Source of the DNA: Anolis carolinensis
Taxonomy: Eukaryota
DNA length: 64,000 bases
Direction: 5' to 3'
NCBI RefSeq assembly: GCF_035594765.1
Contig: NW_026943819.1
Coordinates: 18,836,703 to 18,900,702, forward strand
Part shown: positions 53,602 to 64,000 of the stretch, piece by piece
Layout: every line of letters starts with the position of its first letter
How positions within the stretch are numbered: the stretch's first letter is position 1
Position numbers and translations under genes: made by a program
Notes under the pieces: model-generated
Told to the model about the DNA's origin: nothing
What the model saw: the letters and a program-made list of their open reading frames with translations, nothing else
Databases searched by the model: none

Positions 53602-53631
53602 GTTCCAGTAATCGCTGTACTGTTACACTAA

Positions 53632-53842
53632 GGGTGCATCTACACTGTAGAAGTAAGGCAGTTTGACACCACTTTAACTTTAAATGCCATGAGATCCTGG
53701 GAGTTGTAGTTCTACAAGATTTTTAATCTCTGCCAAATATCGTTATTGTCCCACCAAACTACAACTCCCCTGTTTCCATAGCATTGATCCCTGCCATATA
53801 AGTGGTGTTAAACTGCATTCATTCTACAGTATAGATACGCTC
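53632..53842. mobile_element. PIF/Harbinger-type palindromic MITE
   Basis: TIR GGGTGCATCTACACTGTAGAA / TTCTACAGTATAGATACGCTC; TAA/TTA flanks. Confidence 0.75.
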
Positions 53843-55844
53843 TTAAGGAGATAAGCAGGATCTTCCAAAACATAAGTGGACATACCGGCATGTAAGCCAT
53901 GCTTCCAGAGTCCGATATGATCTCAGCTGATGTGTGTTTTTATTTAGAAATCCAATAATATATTCAAAGAATGCTTATAGGAACCATTTTCACTCAAAGT
54001 TCCCAAACACACATAAAAAATAATCAAAAATGCATAACCACTCTCATAACAACTTCCAGTCAAAAGAAAACTAAAAACCCCTCCTTGTTGCATATGAGAA
54101 TAAAATGAGCAAGGATTTGCATTCCTAGTGAACTGGTGGACCTTGACTTGACCCTACATGTGACAAGGAAAGGCAACCACTTCATGAAGCAGATTTAACA
54201 CATCACAAAATGATACATGTTTGTCTATGTGTTGTGTTTTGTTGCTAAAATTGTAAAGAAGTGCTTGCTGGTTTCCTATCTTGTGTGCACTGCTTGAGGA
54301 AAATTTGTTCATTTTAAGGTGCTCAGAATACCAACTTGGAGTGGGTGAATTTCCTGATCGATTCCAGGCAACAAAATGTCTTGAACAGCATTATTGGCTA
54401 ATGTTTGAAATGTCAAGACTGTGGCCCACTGGCATGTTCTGATTCCCATACATAATGCAGGACTACAGTATATATGCTTAATTATCTAAAAAGACTACTC
54501 TTGCTTCCCCAAGGTTTCAACTTTCAGTTCTACAATAAGATATGGAAGAGGGAAGACTGAGGCCAATATCCTGTTGCTGGCCCTAAGTGGAGTAGAACCA
54601 CTCTATCAAGTGATTGACATATGTGTTGGCTCACTTATCAAAAGTTGTTATATCTCTGCTCTGCTGAGATTCACCAACAACATTGCAGCTGAAGACCATT
54701 TTTGTTATTATAGCATAAAACTAATGAGTATATATAAATTATTTTGTGAAAAATGCCATCCTTGGCTAGGTGATGAACTCTTAATAAGCAACAAAGAAAG
54801 AAAAAAGGACAAGCATTTATATAGTAATTAACATAACAATTCAATAACACTGATGCAAGCTATTGTGCAATTCAAGAACCAGAATGTCTTAAAGTATGAG
54901 GAATTGGTATTCCATAGTAAAAAGTTCTTGTCAGATGTGAGTAAAGAAGGTAGAAGGCAGTGACCAAGGCTAGGAAGTTATGGAAGATTTTGGGCATTGG
55001 GCATTATAAAAACCTTGAATACAGAGTATTTAAACTTCGCATTGATGGAATAGTTATCCAGTACCTTTTCTCCTCTGTCTGTCTGCCTGTCTGACTCTCT
55101 CTCTGTTGTATCCAACCCACTCCATCTCCTGTACCATGCCCATCTGCTGCAGAGATGAAACAGGAACTAGAAAGGTCTGACTTACACTTGGCGTGGCTTA
55201 CAATGAATCAGATGTGATCAAGCTTTGATCCCGAGGAAAAGCACCATGCAGATTCTCCCTTTAATTACAAGCTGAAGTGCACTAAGGGCAAGTTCCACCT
55301 CCAAAAAAAATCAATGGGATTTATTTTCAATTGCATGAGTTCTGGACTGAAGGAGCAGTTCAATATCAGGAGATAGAGAAGGATTGCCCTCAAAAAGAAG
55401 CCCCTCCGTTCTGAAGTGCATCTTATTGCAAGAAAGGTTAAGGCTGCCTTCTGCACATGCCACATTAACAGAGCCATTTAAAATTAGACCAGATGATGCA
55501 GGAGGCTCTAGTATTCTGGACACTTAGACATTTTTGTACAAAACTATTTCCCTGTTTCAAACACGCTGTAATTTTCTGTCCTGCTTGAAATGGGAAATGC
55601 ATTTTGGCCCCTTCAGGACAACTTGTTATTTTACATGACATTCATGTTTGCTATAACTGCAAGTACACTTGTGTTCTAGAGCCAAGGAAGAAACTGAGCA
55701 TTTTGAATCGACACAGAAACTTGTCCTTCAAAAGAAGTATCTTGACAAATTGTACAAAGGGAGTTTCCTCTAATGCATTGTAATGTATAAATCATAGAAA
55801 GGCACACACAAAAATGTAAAAGGTTTTGTGGAATAATGTATTTG

Positions 55845-56105
55845 TTGCCATCATTGAGTTACATTTGACTTACGACAACCCTGAGAATGAAAGAACTGCA
55901 TCAACTGCATTGATCAACAACCGTGTCGTGGTCTTGGAAGCTCTGGGCTTCTTTGACTAAATCAAAATATTTGAAGCATGGTTTTCCTATTTTCCTACTG
56001 CCTTCCACTTTATCAAACATGATAGCTTTTCCAACTTTTTAAGTGATCTTACGATGTGGATGAAATAGGAGAATGGCTTCAATTTATTCAATTGGGCTTC
56101 CAGTG
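55845..56105 (-). mobile_element. Old RTE/BovB LINE 3' fragment
   Basis: TTTCCTACTGCCTTCCACTTTATCAAACATGATAGCTTTTCCAA resembles the reverse-strand RTE ORF end. Confidence 0.55.
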
Positions 56106-57257
56106 CCAAATGCATTGCAATTCATTATTAGGAAAACATTATAAAAACCTGGGAAAATGCATAGAAGTTTGGGTTTAACTACTTTAAAGGCTCAGAGTCG
56201 GAATGGTGCAAGTCCACAAGTGGGAAAAGAATGAAGCAAGACTGACAGATTCACCCACTGTTTTTGCATAGCAGGGAACCATCTTTTGATCAGAGCTCAC
56301 CAGCATCTGTCATTCTCACTTCATGTATTTGCTACAGGAAATGTCAATGTAACACTAGCATACCTGCAGCAAATTTGATTGCTCTAAATTGCTGCTTTAG
56401 TTTGTTTTTTTTTAAAATGTGCTTTAGTACATTCACTCTTTTCTTTGGACACTTAACGCACTTATTTACACAGGCAACCCATATTTTACACTTCCGCAAA
56501 TTTCCTTTCCTCCCGCATTGCTGTCTCTGGGATTTTCCTGATTCAAAAGAGTTCACAAGCATTCCTATTATGATTACATTAATGCAAGAGGGATCCATTT
56601 GCTCTTTCCCAAAACTTGTATTCTGGCTATTTGATTGTTTCCAAAAGATGTGAAATGTCCAGTAAGGATGGGAAGAAGGTTGGAAAACATGCACTCTTCA
56701 GTTGTTGTTGAATTGCATATCTCATCCTCCTCCTTTTTTAGGTTATGATGCCAAGAATTCATGGGAGTTGGATTTAGGTAACACATTTTCCCCAGCCCTA
56801 GACTACAGGAAAATATTAGCTGCTTTGTGTTCAGCAATACTTCACAAGCATACAAGAAACTATGCTATATAGATGCTGCAGTTCAGCATAACTTGAAAAG
56901 AAAGCTCACAGAACAAATAAGGAAAGTATCTATATTTCTATGTATCAGGATTACTGTGATTAAAACTAAGCAGATGATGGGATCAAAACATACTTTCATA
57001 ATACTGACAAAGCATCTATCCACCCTCTTATCCAACCACATATCACTGCCTAAAAGAGGAGGAAGAAAAGGATGTAATTGCTATTTTCCCCTTTCTCCTG
57101 TCCAGCTCACAAGGAATCCTATTTTGTGTGCTACATTTTATGTGGTTTTTCTTCCATAGCAAAATTCAATTGCTTATACATCAGGTGGCTACAGTACTTG
57201 CCCTCAGACCTTGTATTACCAAAAAAAAAAAAAAAAAACACGTACAAGAATATGCAA

Positions 57258-57260
<3 letters not shown>

Positions 57261-57294
<34 letters not shown>
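57261..57294. repeat. (CA)n microsatellite
   Basis: Read directly. Confidence 0.95.
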
Positions 57295-57295
<1 letters not shown>

Positions 57296-60200
57296 CCCAT
57301 ATAGTGACCTCATACCAAATAAACAGATACCCACAATAACAGCACAAATAAATTTCACTGACAGCTGGACTAATGGAGGTGGGCAAGATGACATATTGCA
57401 CAGCCGTCTTGGAAAGAAATATCCCACTCCACACTGCTATCAACTGGATTGTTGATAGGAAAAAGCTCTTGGAAAGATATTTTACCAAAACCTGTGTGCC
57501 GCAAGCCCTGCCGTGATATTTTATTTAGAAAAGATAAAATATGCCTCCTTGTGCTACTCTTTTCTAACTTATAGTGGTTACTATGTTGGAGAAATGAATG
57601 TGTTCAGTAGTATGGTATCAGCACCAGAGATCTACACTGCTGGACATTTGCAGGTGCCCTGGCCAAACTTTGGAGCTGCCCATCCATATTGTTGCTGCTT
57701 TTTTATCGTTATATATTCAGTTGTCCCTTTAAATGAATATTGACACAAGCAGGTGGCACTAGTAACCTTTAGGTAAATTAAGCCCCAAACTAAGGACAAG
57801 CCAACAGGCAGAAGAACCAACAATGGAAGGAGATATGAAGCAATGATGGCTATTGTTTCTGTATTAGTGGTGCAGCAAATCATCCCCGGTCTCTGAAATG
57901 CCCTGTCCATGGTGCTGAACCTATCTTAAAGCTAATCCTAGAAATTGTCAATGACAAGCATAGATAAAAGCTGGAGGAGATTCATCACTACACTGACATG
58001 GAATCCCCTATTTGGCACTAGATATAGCTACTCATAGCAGAACTTCCAGGACTTGTAGCCATGACCAAAGTAACCCTACAAGAGGACTTAATCAAAGGTC
58101 CTACGTTATGCTGCCTAAGCCACTGTTTCTAATGCCGGCCATGCCCACATACATATCCAGAGTTCCTACAGTCAGCAGCCTTACACATTGCAATACATAA
58201 CTTCCTCTGTTTCAAAAAAAGCTTCCCAAACCCATCAAAGTGCTCATGCTGTCCAAGAGCCATGAGTCACAGAACACAAACACACACAAAAAACACCCAA
58301 AGGATCCGACACAGTGGTGCCAGGGGCTCCCTGTGTGATAGCAAAGTTCTGCTCAAGGGCACAATGAGAATGCCATTTGGCTGTAAGTGGATGACACACA
58401 GCTCTGGATCTGACAGACAGCAGGGGGGCTCTCTCTATTTTTGTGCTGTTGTTTCTACCCTACAACTCCTCAGATCAAGGGATAAGAAGGATTTTTAAAG
58501 GGTGGAAACAAAAACATGGCACAATCATTGCCATCATAAAAAGCCACCTATTTCATGTTTTGCTTATGACAGGGTCACTTCTCTTTCTCACTGCTTGCTA
58601 GTGGGAGGTAAATTGCCTTGTGACATTATACCAGGTTTTGAGAAGCTCTGTAGCCCTGACAGCTTAAGGAAAGCAACAATGAAAGTGGAAAAACAGCACC
58701 AGGGAAAGGAGGAGGACCAAAAGGCACAAGGAGAGCAGCTATCAAATTGTAAAGCCAATACAAGCATTGCTCATTTGTGTGATGACAACAAGATCTGCAC
58801 AAAAATGACCGAGGAGCGATTCCTTTTGCCATGCTATCTTAAGGGGAAACCAGAGCTGACCGTTGACAATCCATTTCCAATCTGCCTCTTTAGAGATTGT
58901 CTGCTCCATGATTTTGCAAAGCCTGCTTAAGACCATCGGCGGAGATTTGGGGTTAGACACAGAGGCTGGAAGAAGTGGGAAGTTGGCACAGTGAATTTGC
59001 CAGTGGACATTTACATGTCAGAGATACTATGGAGATGTGGCTTTGAAGAGCCTGTCTGAACGCTATTCAGCTAAGAGGCTTTAAAAAGGGCTCTGCAGGG
59101 ATGCAAAGATGTGTTAGCAGGCTCTTCTCCAAAAAAGGCAGCTGCACTTTATGCCATGAAATACCAGCTGAGAGAGGTCAGACTAATACCTGTTCCCCAT
59201 GTGTTCGAATAGAATAGACAGAAATATAGTAACCCTAGGTAGCGAGTGCTGTAAAAGAATGGGCAAAGATTTCCACAGTAAGGGTTGCTTTCCAGGTCTT
59301 GGACATGCGTCTTACTTTTCAGGAGCCAACTGCATCCTAGACAACCTGTCTCTAGCAAAAGCTTCACAAAGATACAAAGATAACCAGAAAACTCTCATGT
59401 GACCCTATACAAGATTCCACAAATTACACTGATGCAATTGTGATGGCTGTTTGAATATCCCACATATTTATCCGAGTTTCTTTCCATGTATCTTAAACAT
59501 TCACAACTTTTAACAGAATTTGGGAGTGGGAAAATAAATTGCCTGTAGCGCGAACTCTCAAACTTCCTGACCCAAAGTGAGTTATGTTTGTTTGTTAGGA
59601 CACTATCTGAAATCTTTATGAAACCATGACGTCTAGATCATTATTTTCAGTGGCATATTAATTAACATCTCCGGGACCCCAACAGGATGCAATGAGGTGT
59701 CCAAAACCCATGTAAGAAGTCATGAAGCAATTGGTCTTTCAGGGCTATGGCAAGCATGTCACACAATGCATAGCACGCAAGAGGAAGAAATATCCAAACT
59801 ATTTCAGGGACCCATTATCTCACAGAAAATAAAGACAATACCTTTATAGCCTGCATCTATGGAGAGTCACAGCACTATCAGTCAAGGCACACACCAACAA
59901 GTATTGCATCACAAAAATGACTTTAGAAAGAGAAAACTGATTGCCATTCACCCCACAGAATCATTTCAGGGACATTGGAGGCTAGTTTGGCATTAGGAAC
60001 CAAATCAGTCTATAATGAAGTAATAATTGCATTCAAGCAGCCAGGCTCCTGTGGGCTACTAACCTAGTTTCCTGCCATCCAAGACTTTTTGTCTGGAAAT
60101 CTAAACACACCTACATGAGTGTGAAGGGTGTCCCATCTCCCTGCAAAACCCCTGTAAGGGAGCAGCTTCTCAGAGAAGGACTATGCAACAGGCAACAAGG

Positions 60201-60861
60201 GGCTGCTAGAAACATGCCAACAGTTCCAACAGGAGAGCCAGACTCATCCATGCTGGACAAAGTAGCTGTGCTGAATCTCAATGTCATGACTTTCATGCTT
60301 GGTGTGCTTTCTCCTTTCACTCAAGAAAAAAACCAACAAGCCCTGCTTTGATTTGAAACCCAAACTTCTGCAGGATTCCCGGCATATTCCCTGCTTGAGG
60401 AAAAGGAGCACAAATGGGCTAAAGAACAGAATGATCCTACCAAGAACCTGCAGTATTTATATGACATATCAACACAATGCTCCCAATATGCACTGATTTA
60501 CCAACAAATGTGGGGTTGTGGTTCTGCAATGCAAGCATGGGCTCTGAAATCTGAACCAGAATTGTAACAGATAGCAATGCCCGGCTGGTCCCACGCGGCC
60601 AACAACGGGAGGAGCAGGGTCTGAAAAGCCATTCCTCATCCAAGTTTCCCCTCTTCATTGTTCAACAGATGGACCTGTTGTGTATGCTTCCCCCCACCCC
60701 TCCTTTCCCAAACAAAACTCATCCTGGGAATGACGCTGGGGTTGTTGGGTGTCTCCATGAGACACAGATGGCATGCAGCGTTGGCACCGGGTGAATGGAG
60801 AGGGTGTCAATTTAGGGCAGGGAGAGAGCCAAGTTACTCTCAGTCCCTCTATTCCACAGGT

Positions 60862-61150
60862 TTTGTGTGCGTGTGTGTTTATGTCAGGAGCAACTTGAGA
60901 AACTGCAAGTCGCTTCTGGTGTGAGAGATTGGCCGTCGGCAAGGACGTTGCCCAGGGTATGTTAATAATGTTTTGCCATCCTGTGGGAGGCTTCTCTCAT
61001 GTCCCTGCATGGGGAGCTGGAGTTGACAGAGGGAGCTCATCCACCCTCTCCCGGATTCGAACTGGCAACCTTCAGGTCAGCAACCCAACCTTCAGATTAG
61101 CAGTCTTGCCGGCACAAGGGCTTAACCCATTGTACCACCAGGACTCCTGA
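60862..61150 (-). mobile_element. GCTCCTGACAC-tail SINE
   Basis: 11-bp TSD ATTCCACAGGT (60851-60861, 61151-61161). Confidence 0.88.
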
Positions 61151-61225
61151 ATTCCACAGGTGAGTGTCCTGTCCTCCGGAGAGGAGACTTGAGCATCTAT
61201 TCCCTGGGCCAAGGGCATGGTTTTG

Positions 61226-61483
61226 ACAAAATAGACCCTTCCTCCTTCCCTCAATTGTCTCTTTGAATCTCATTTGTAGAGAGGAGTAATAATAATGACA
61301 ATAATGCTACAAAATAGACCTTCCCTCCTTCCGTCAACTGTATCTTTGAATCTCATTTGTAGAGAGTAGTAGTAATAATAACAATGACAATAATGTTACA
61401 AAATAGACCTTCCTCCTTCCATCAGCTGTCTCTTTGAATCTCGTTTGTAGAGAGTAGTAGTAGTAATAATGACAATAATGCTA
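61226..61483. repeat. Minisatellite, 3 units of about 83-89 bp
   Basis: ACAAAATAGACC...TCTTTGAATCTC.TTTGTAGAGAG...ATGACAATAATG units start at 61226, 61309 and 61398. Confidence 0.92.
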
Positions 61484-62084
61484 ATAATCTCCCCGAGTCC
61501 TCAATCCATCTTTCTCTCAGAACAAGGTACCACAACTGAGTCCAAGCAGTTTAAGCAGAGAAACTCACACTAAAGAAACGGACATATCCAGCTTCAAGGC
61601 AGCTCCTGTCTGAGCCTCAGAACATGCAAGAGACACAGCACACCTGGATAGAAGCAAAGGAGATGCTTCCATTGACCCAGTCATGGGTTTGGGAAAGAGA
61701 AGACAGGCATCTCTGGAGAGGGTCCACAGGAGAGAGTGGCCCAGGATGCGACCTCAGCCGCCTCGCCCCTTTTTTCCCTTCCAAAATAAAATCCTCCTCA
61801 TCAACAAACCAACCCTATTTCCCGACCGTTAAACCAGACACAGAGCCAAGAGGTACCCTCCGCGGTCTCCTCTCCGTGGAGCATCACCAAAGCAACTCCT
61901 TCCCGGGGAAAGAGAGGGATGGGAAGCCGAGGAAGCGAGCCAACAACTCCCTTTTCTAAAACAGGGGCGCCGAGCTCTCTCTCATCCCAAAACAAGCCCC
62001 TCAATCTCCGCAAACAAAGTCTACCTCCTGGAAAGTGGGCGGAAAAGGTGTTGGTTTGCCCAAAGGGGGGTCCAACGGTCCTAC

Positions 62085-62139
62085 CTTGGCCGAGAAGGCA
62101 GAAGCAGAGGAGGACGAGGTCTGCCTGGAGAGCTTTCAT
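62085..62139 (-). CDS. KIRREL3: First coding exon (55 nt, signal peptide) of a kin of IRRE-like protein 3 (Neph2) ortholog
   Basis: ATG at 62139 in a CpG island, with an in-frame TAA two codons upstream. Encodes MKALQADLVLLCFCLLGQ plus 1 nt, then a phase-1 donor CAAG|GTAGG (intron starts at 62084). Recalled human exon 1 is MKPFQLDLLFVCFFLFSQ|E, with the same length and phase. Confidence 0.85.
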
Positions 62140-62322
62140 TCCTTAGAGTTGCGGCGAAGGGGGAAGGAGAGGAACTTGCGCGCTGCCCAGCCGCCTCCGC
62201 CGCTTGGATCCTGCCTCGTCTTCTCTCTCTTCCTTTATTTTGCAGCCTCGTTGCTTGGCTGGCTGGCTGTCTATACAAGCGGCGAGGAAGCAACAGCCTC
62301 CTCGCGGAGCTCCTTTCCGCTC

Positions 62323-62388
62323 TCAGTGGCGCTTCCTCTCGGCTCGCCTGCTCCTTCTCCGCCTCCCTTCTGCTCGCCGCCGCTCCAT
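62323..62388 (-). other. Candidate upstream ORF, 21 aa (MERRRAEGRRRRSRRAERKRH)
   Basis: Only ATG between the predicted TSS (~62468) and the main ATG; context GGCATGG; TGA at 62325-62323. Confidence 0.5.
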
Positions 62389-63015
62389 GCCCGAGCTCTT
62401 CTTCGCCGCCTTCGCCTCCTCCTTCTCCTCGTCCGCCTGAGCTCCTCCCTCCGCCGCTCGCTCGGAATGAGTGACGGTCAGGGGCGGCTTTAAAGAGGAA
62501 CTCCGCGTGGGGAAGCCACTCGCGAAAAATAGACGAAGGAGACAGAGGGGAAAGCGACGCCTCACTTCGCCCTTTCCTCGGTCCTCGCTTCTTCCTCGGT
62601 CCTCTCTTCTTCAGCTTTGCACCGCCTGCATAGGAAAGGGAAAGGTGAAAGCAAGGCTGTAGTCCAGGGTGTGTGTATATGTGTGTGTTAGGGGTTCATC
62701 ATGATTTTGAAGCCTCTTTCCCTCTTCCAATAGTAAGGAACAGGTGTCACCTTCCCGCTCCAAGTTTGCAGCAACTCCAAGGTGAGACACACCAAGATCA
62801 AGCTCTTTTTTTCCCTAAGAAAGGAGGGGAATCCCCGCGAAAGTTAAAGGCCGCCAATGCCAAAAGGCAGAGAACGAAACGATGCCGGCTTTGGGAAGGA
62901 TTCCCTTTGGCTTGGCACAGCCGAGGCGCTCGGTTTCTTCCTCGCCAGCCAACAACTCAAAGGAGCCTTAAAGCGACAGTGTCGCTGCAATAATAATAAT
63001 AACAACAACAACAAC

Positions 63016-63890
63016 AACAAGCAGTCAAATAAGAAGAGCATGCCCTGGGAGAATATGTAAAGCAAAGTGAAGAACCTGCTTTGATTGAAGTCAAAAATCA
63101 GAAACTCCTCAAAGCACAGCAGACAAAAAACCAGTACAAGAAAGCCACACTACAAACTAGAGCTGACAGCTGGCACAACAAAACACTGCATGGAAAGTTC
63201 CTTGACAAAATTGAAGGAAAAGCTGATAAGGAGAAGACCTGGCTATGGCTCACGAATGGGACCCTGAAGAAGGAGACAGAAGGCCTGATCCTTGCAGCCC
63301 AGGAGCAAGACATCAGAACAAATGCAATCAAGGCCAAGATTGAAAAATCAGCTGATGACCCAAAATGCAGACTGTGCAAGGAAACCGATGAAACCATTGA
63401 TCATATTCTCAGCTAGTAAGAAAATCGCACAGACAGACTACAAACAGAGGCACAACTATGTGGCCCAAATGATTCATTGGAACTTATGCCTCAAGTACCA
63501 TCTCCCAGCAGCAAAGAACTGGTGAGATCACAAACCTGCAAAAATATTGGAAAATGAGCACGCAAAGATACTGTGGGACTTCCAAATCCAGACTGACAAA
63601 GTTCTGGAACACAACACACCAGACATCACAGTTGTGGAAAAGAAAAAGGTTTGGATCATTGATGTTGCCATCCCAGATGACAGTCGCATTGACGAAAAAC
63701 AACAGGAAAAACTCAGCCGCTATCAGGACCTCAAGATTTAACTTCAAAGACTCTGGCAGAAACCAGTGCAGGTGGTCCCGGTGGTGATGGGCACACTGGG
63801 TGCCGTGCCAAAAGATCTAAGCCGGCATTTGGAAACAATAGACATTGACAAAATTACGATCTGCCAACTGCAAAAGGCCACCCTGCTGGG
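63016..63890 (+). mobile_element. 5'-truncated, inactivated R4/Dong-clade non-LTR retrotransposon (zinc knuckle + restriction-like endonuclease region)
   Basis: CRLCKETDETIDHILS (CCHC knuckle), RHN motif, PDITVV..IIDVAIP..KLSRYQDL (PD-(D/E)xK type RLE). Stops near 63030, 63523 and 63739 and a frameshift near 63414. Preceded by (TAA)n(CAA)n. Confidence 0.92.
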
Positions 63891-63891
63891 A

Positions 63892-64000
63892 TTATTTATT
63901 TATTTATTTATTTACAACATTTATATCCCGCCCTTCTCACCCGAAGGGACTCAGGGCGACGTACAAATTGGCAACAATTCAATGCCTACACATAATTAAA
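63892..64000 (-). mobile_element. L2-tailed SINE (Anolis SINE2/Squam2-like) 3' end, cutting off the R4 element
   Basis: (TTTA)n followed by CCCGCCCTTCTCACCCGAAGGGACTCAGGGCG, the same tail as the copies at 10190, 17197 and 39497. Confidence 0.8.

Larger units (their letters stand above)
1..62084 (-). other. Intron 1 (partial) of the KIRREL3-like gene
   Basis: Starts at the GT donor at 62084. No recognisable exon 2 or Ig-domain exon in the window; repeat-dense; mammalian KIRREL3 intron 1 is known to be very large. Confidence 0.7.
61740..62990. promoter_or_regulatory. CpG island promoter / 5' UTR of the minus-strand gene
   Basis: Sharp rise in GC and CpG against a CpG-depleted background. GC box GGGGCGG 62481-62487, TATA-like CTTTAAAG 62488-62495, CRE half-site TGACG 62472-62476, minus-strand Inr-like TCATTCC (A at 62468). 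Confidence 0.8.

Noticed and set aside
58925-58945. TAAGACCATCGG resembling a SPIN internal motif
   Set aside because: Only ~12 bp with no TIR or flanking similarity.
61801-62084. C-terminal part of the 112-aa minus-strand ORF starting at 62139
   Set aside because: It runs through the GT donor into the intron; similarity to KIRREL3 ends at the splice site.
62035-62493. 152-aa plus-strand ORF in the CpG island
   Set aside because: Non-ATG start and low complexity; long open frames are expected in GC-rich, stop-poor sequence.
63081-63999. R4 ORFs as a functional or domesticated nuclease gene
   Set aside because: Multiple stops, a frameshift, no RT domain and a truncated 3' end.

Overview
AT-rich vertebrate genomic DNA. 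The repeat content (Sauria SINEs, L2-tailed SINEs, an R4/Dong LINE, Tc1/mariner, hAT and Harbinger MITEs, a Helitron) points to a squamate, most likely an Anolis-type lizard. The only host gene feature is a CpG-island promoter and first coding exon on the minus strand (ATG 62139, donor after 62085). It encodes MKALQADLVLLCFCLLGQ, which matches my recollection of the exon-1 signal peptide of KIRREL3 (human MKPFQLDLLFVCFFLFSQ). Positions 1-62084 therefore look like the proximal part of the very large KIRREL3 intron 1; no exon 2 was found. A degraded R4 LINE lies just upstream of the promoter. Nearly all listed ORFs are noise or repeat-derived. I see no supportable novel protein-coding system. 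The most interesting observations are: (i) a single strong-Kozak, Arg-rich uORF in the predicted 5' UTR; (ii) a multi-level transposon nest (mariner MITE > hAT > Helitron > captured SINE tail) with TA/TSD/terminal signatures largely intact; (iii) DNA transposons carrying pieces of other TE classes; (iv) CpG-retaining, repeat-free intronic islets that are enhancer candidates; (v) a perfect 18-bp hairpin next to a 19-bp duplication. All family names come from motif recognition and memory, not from database searches.
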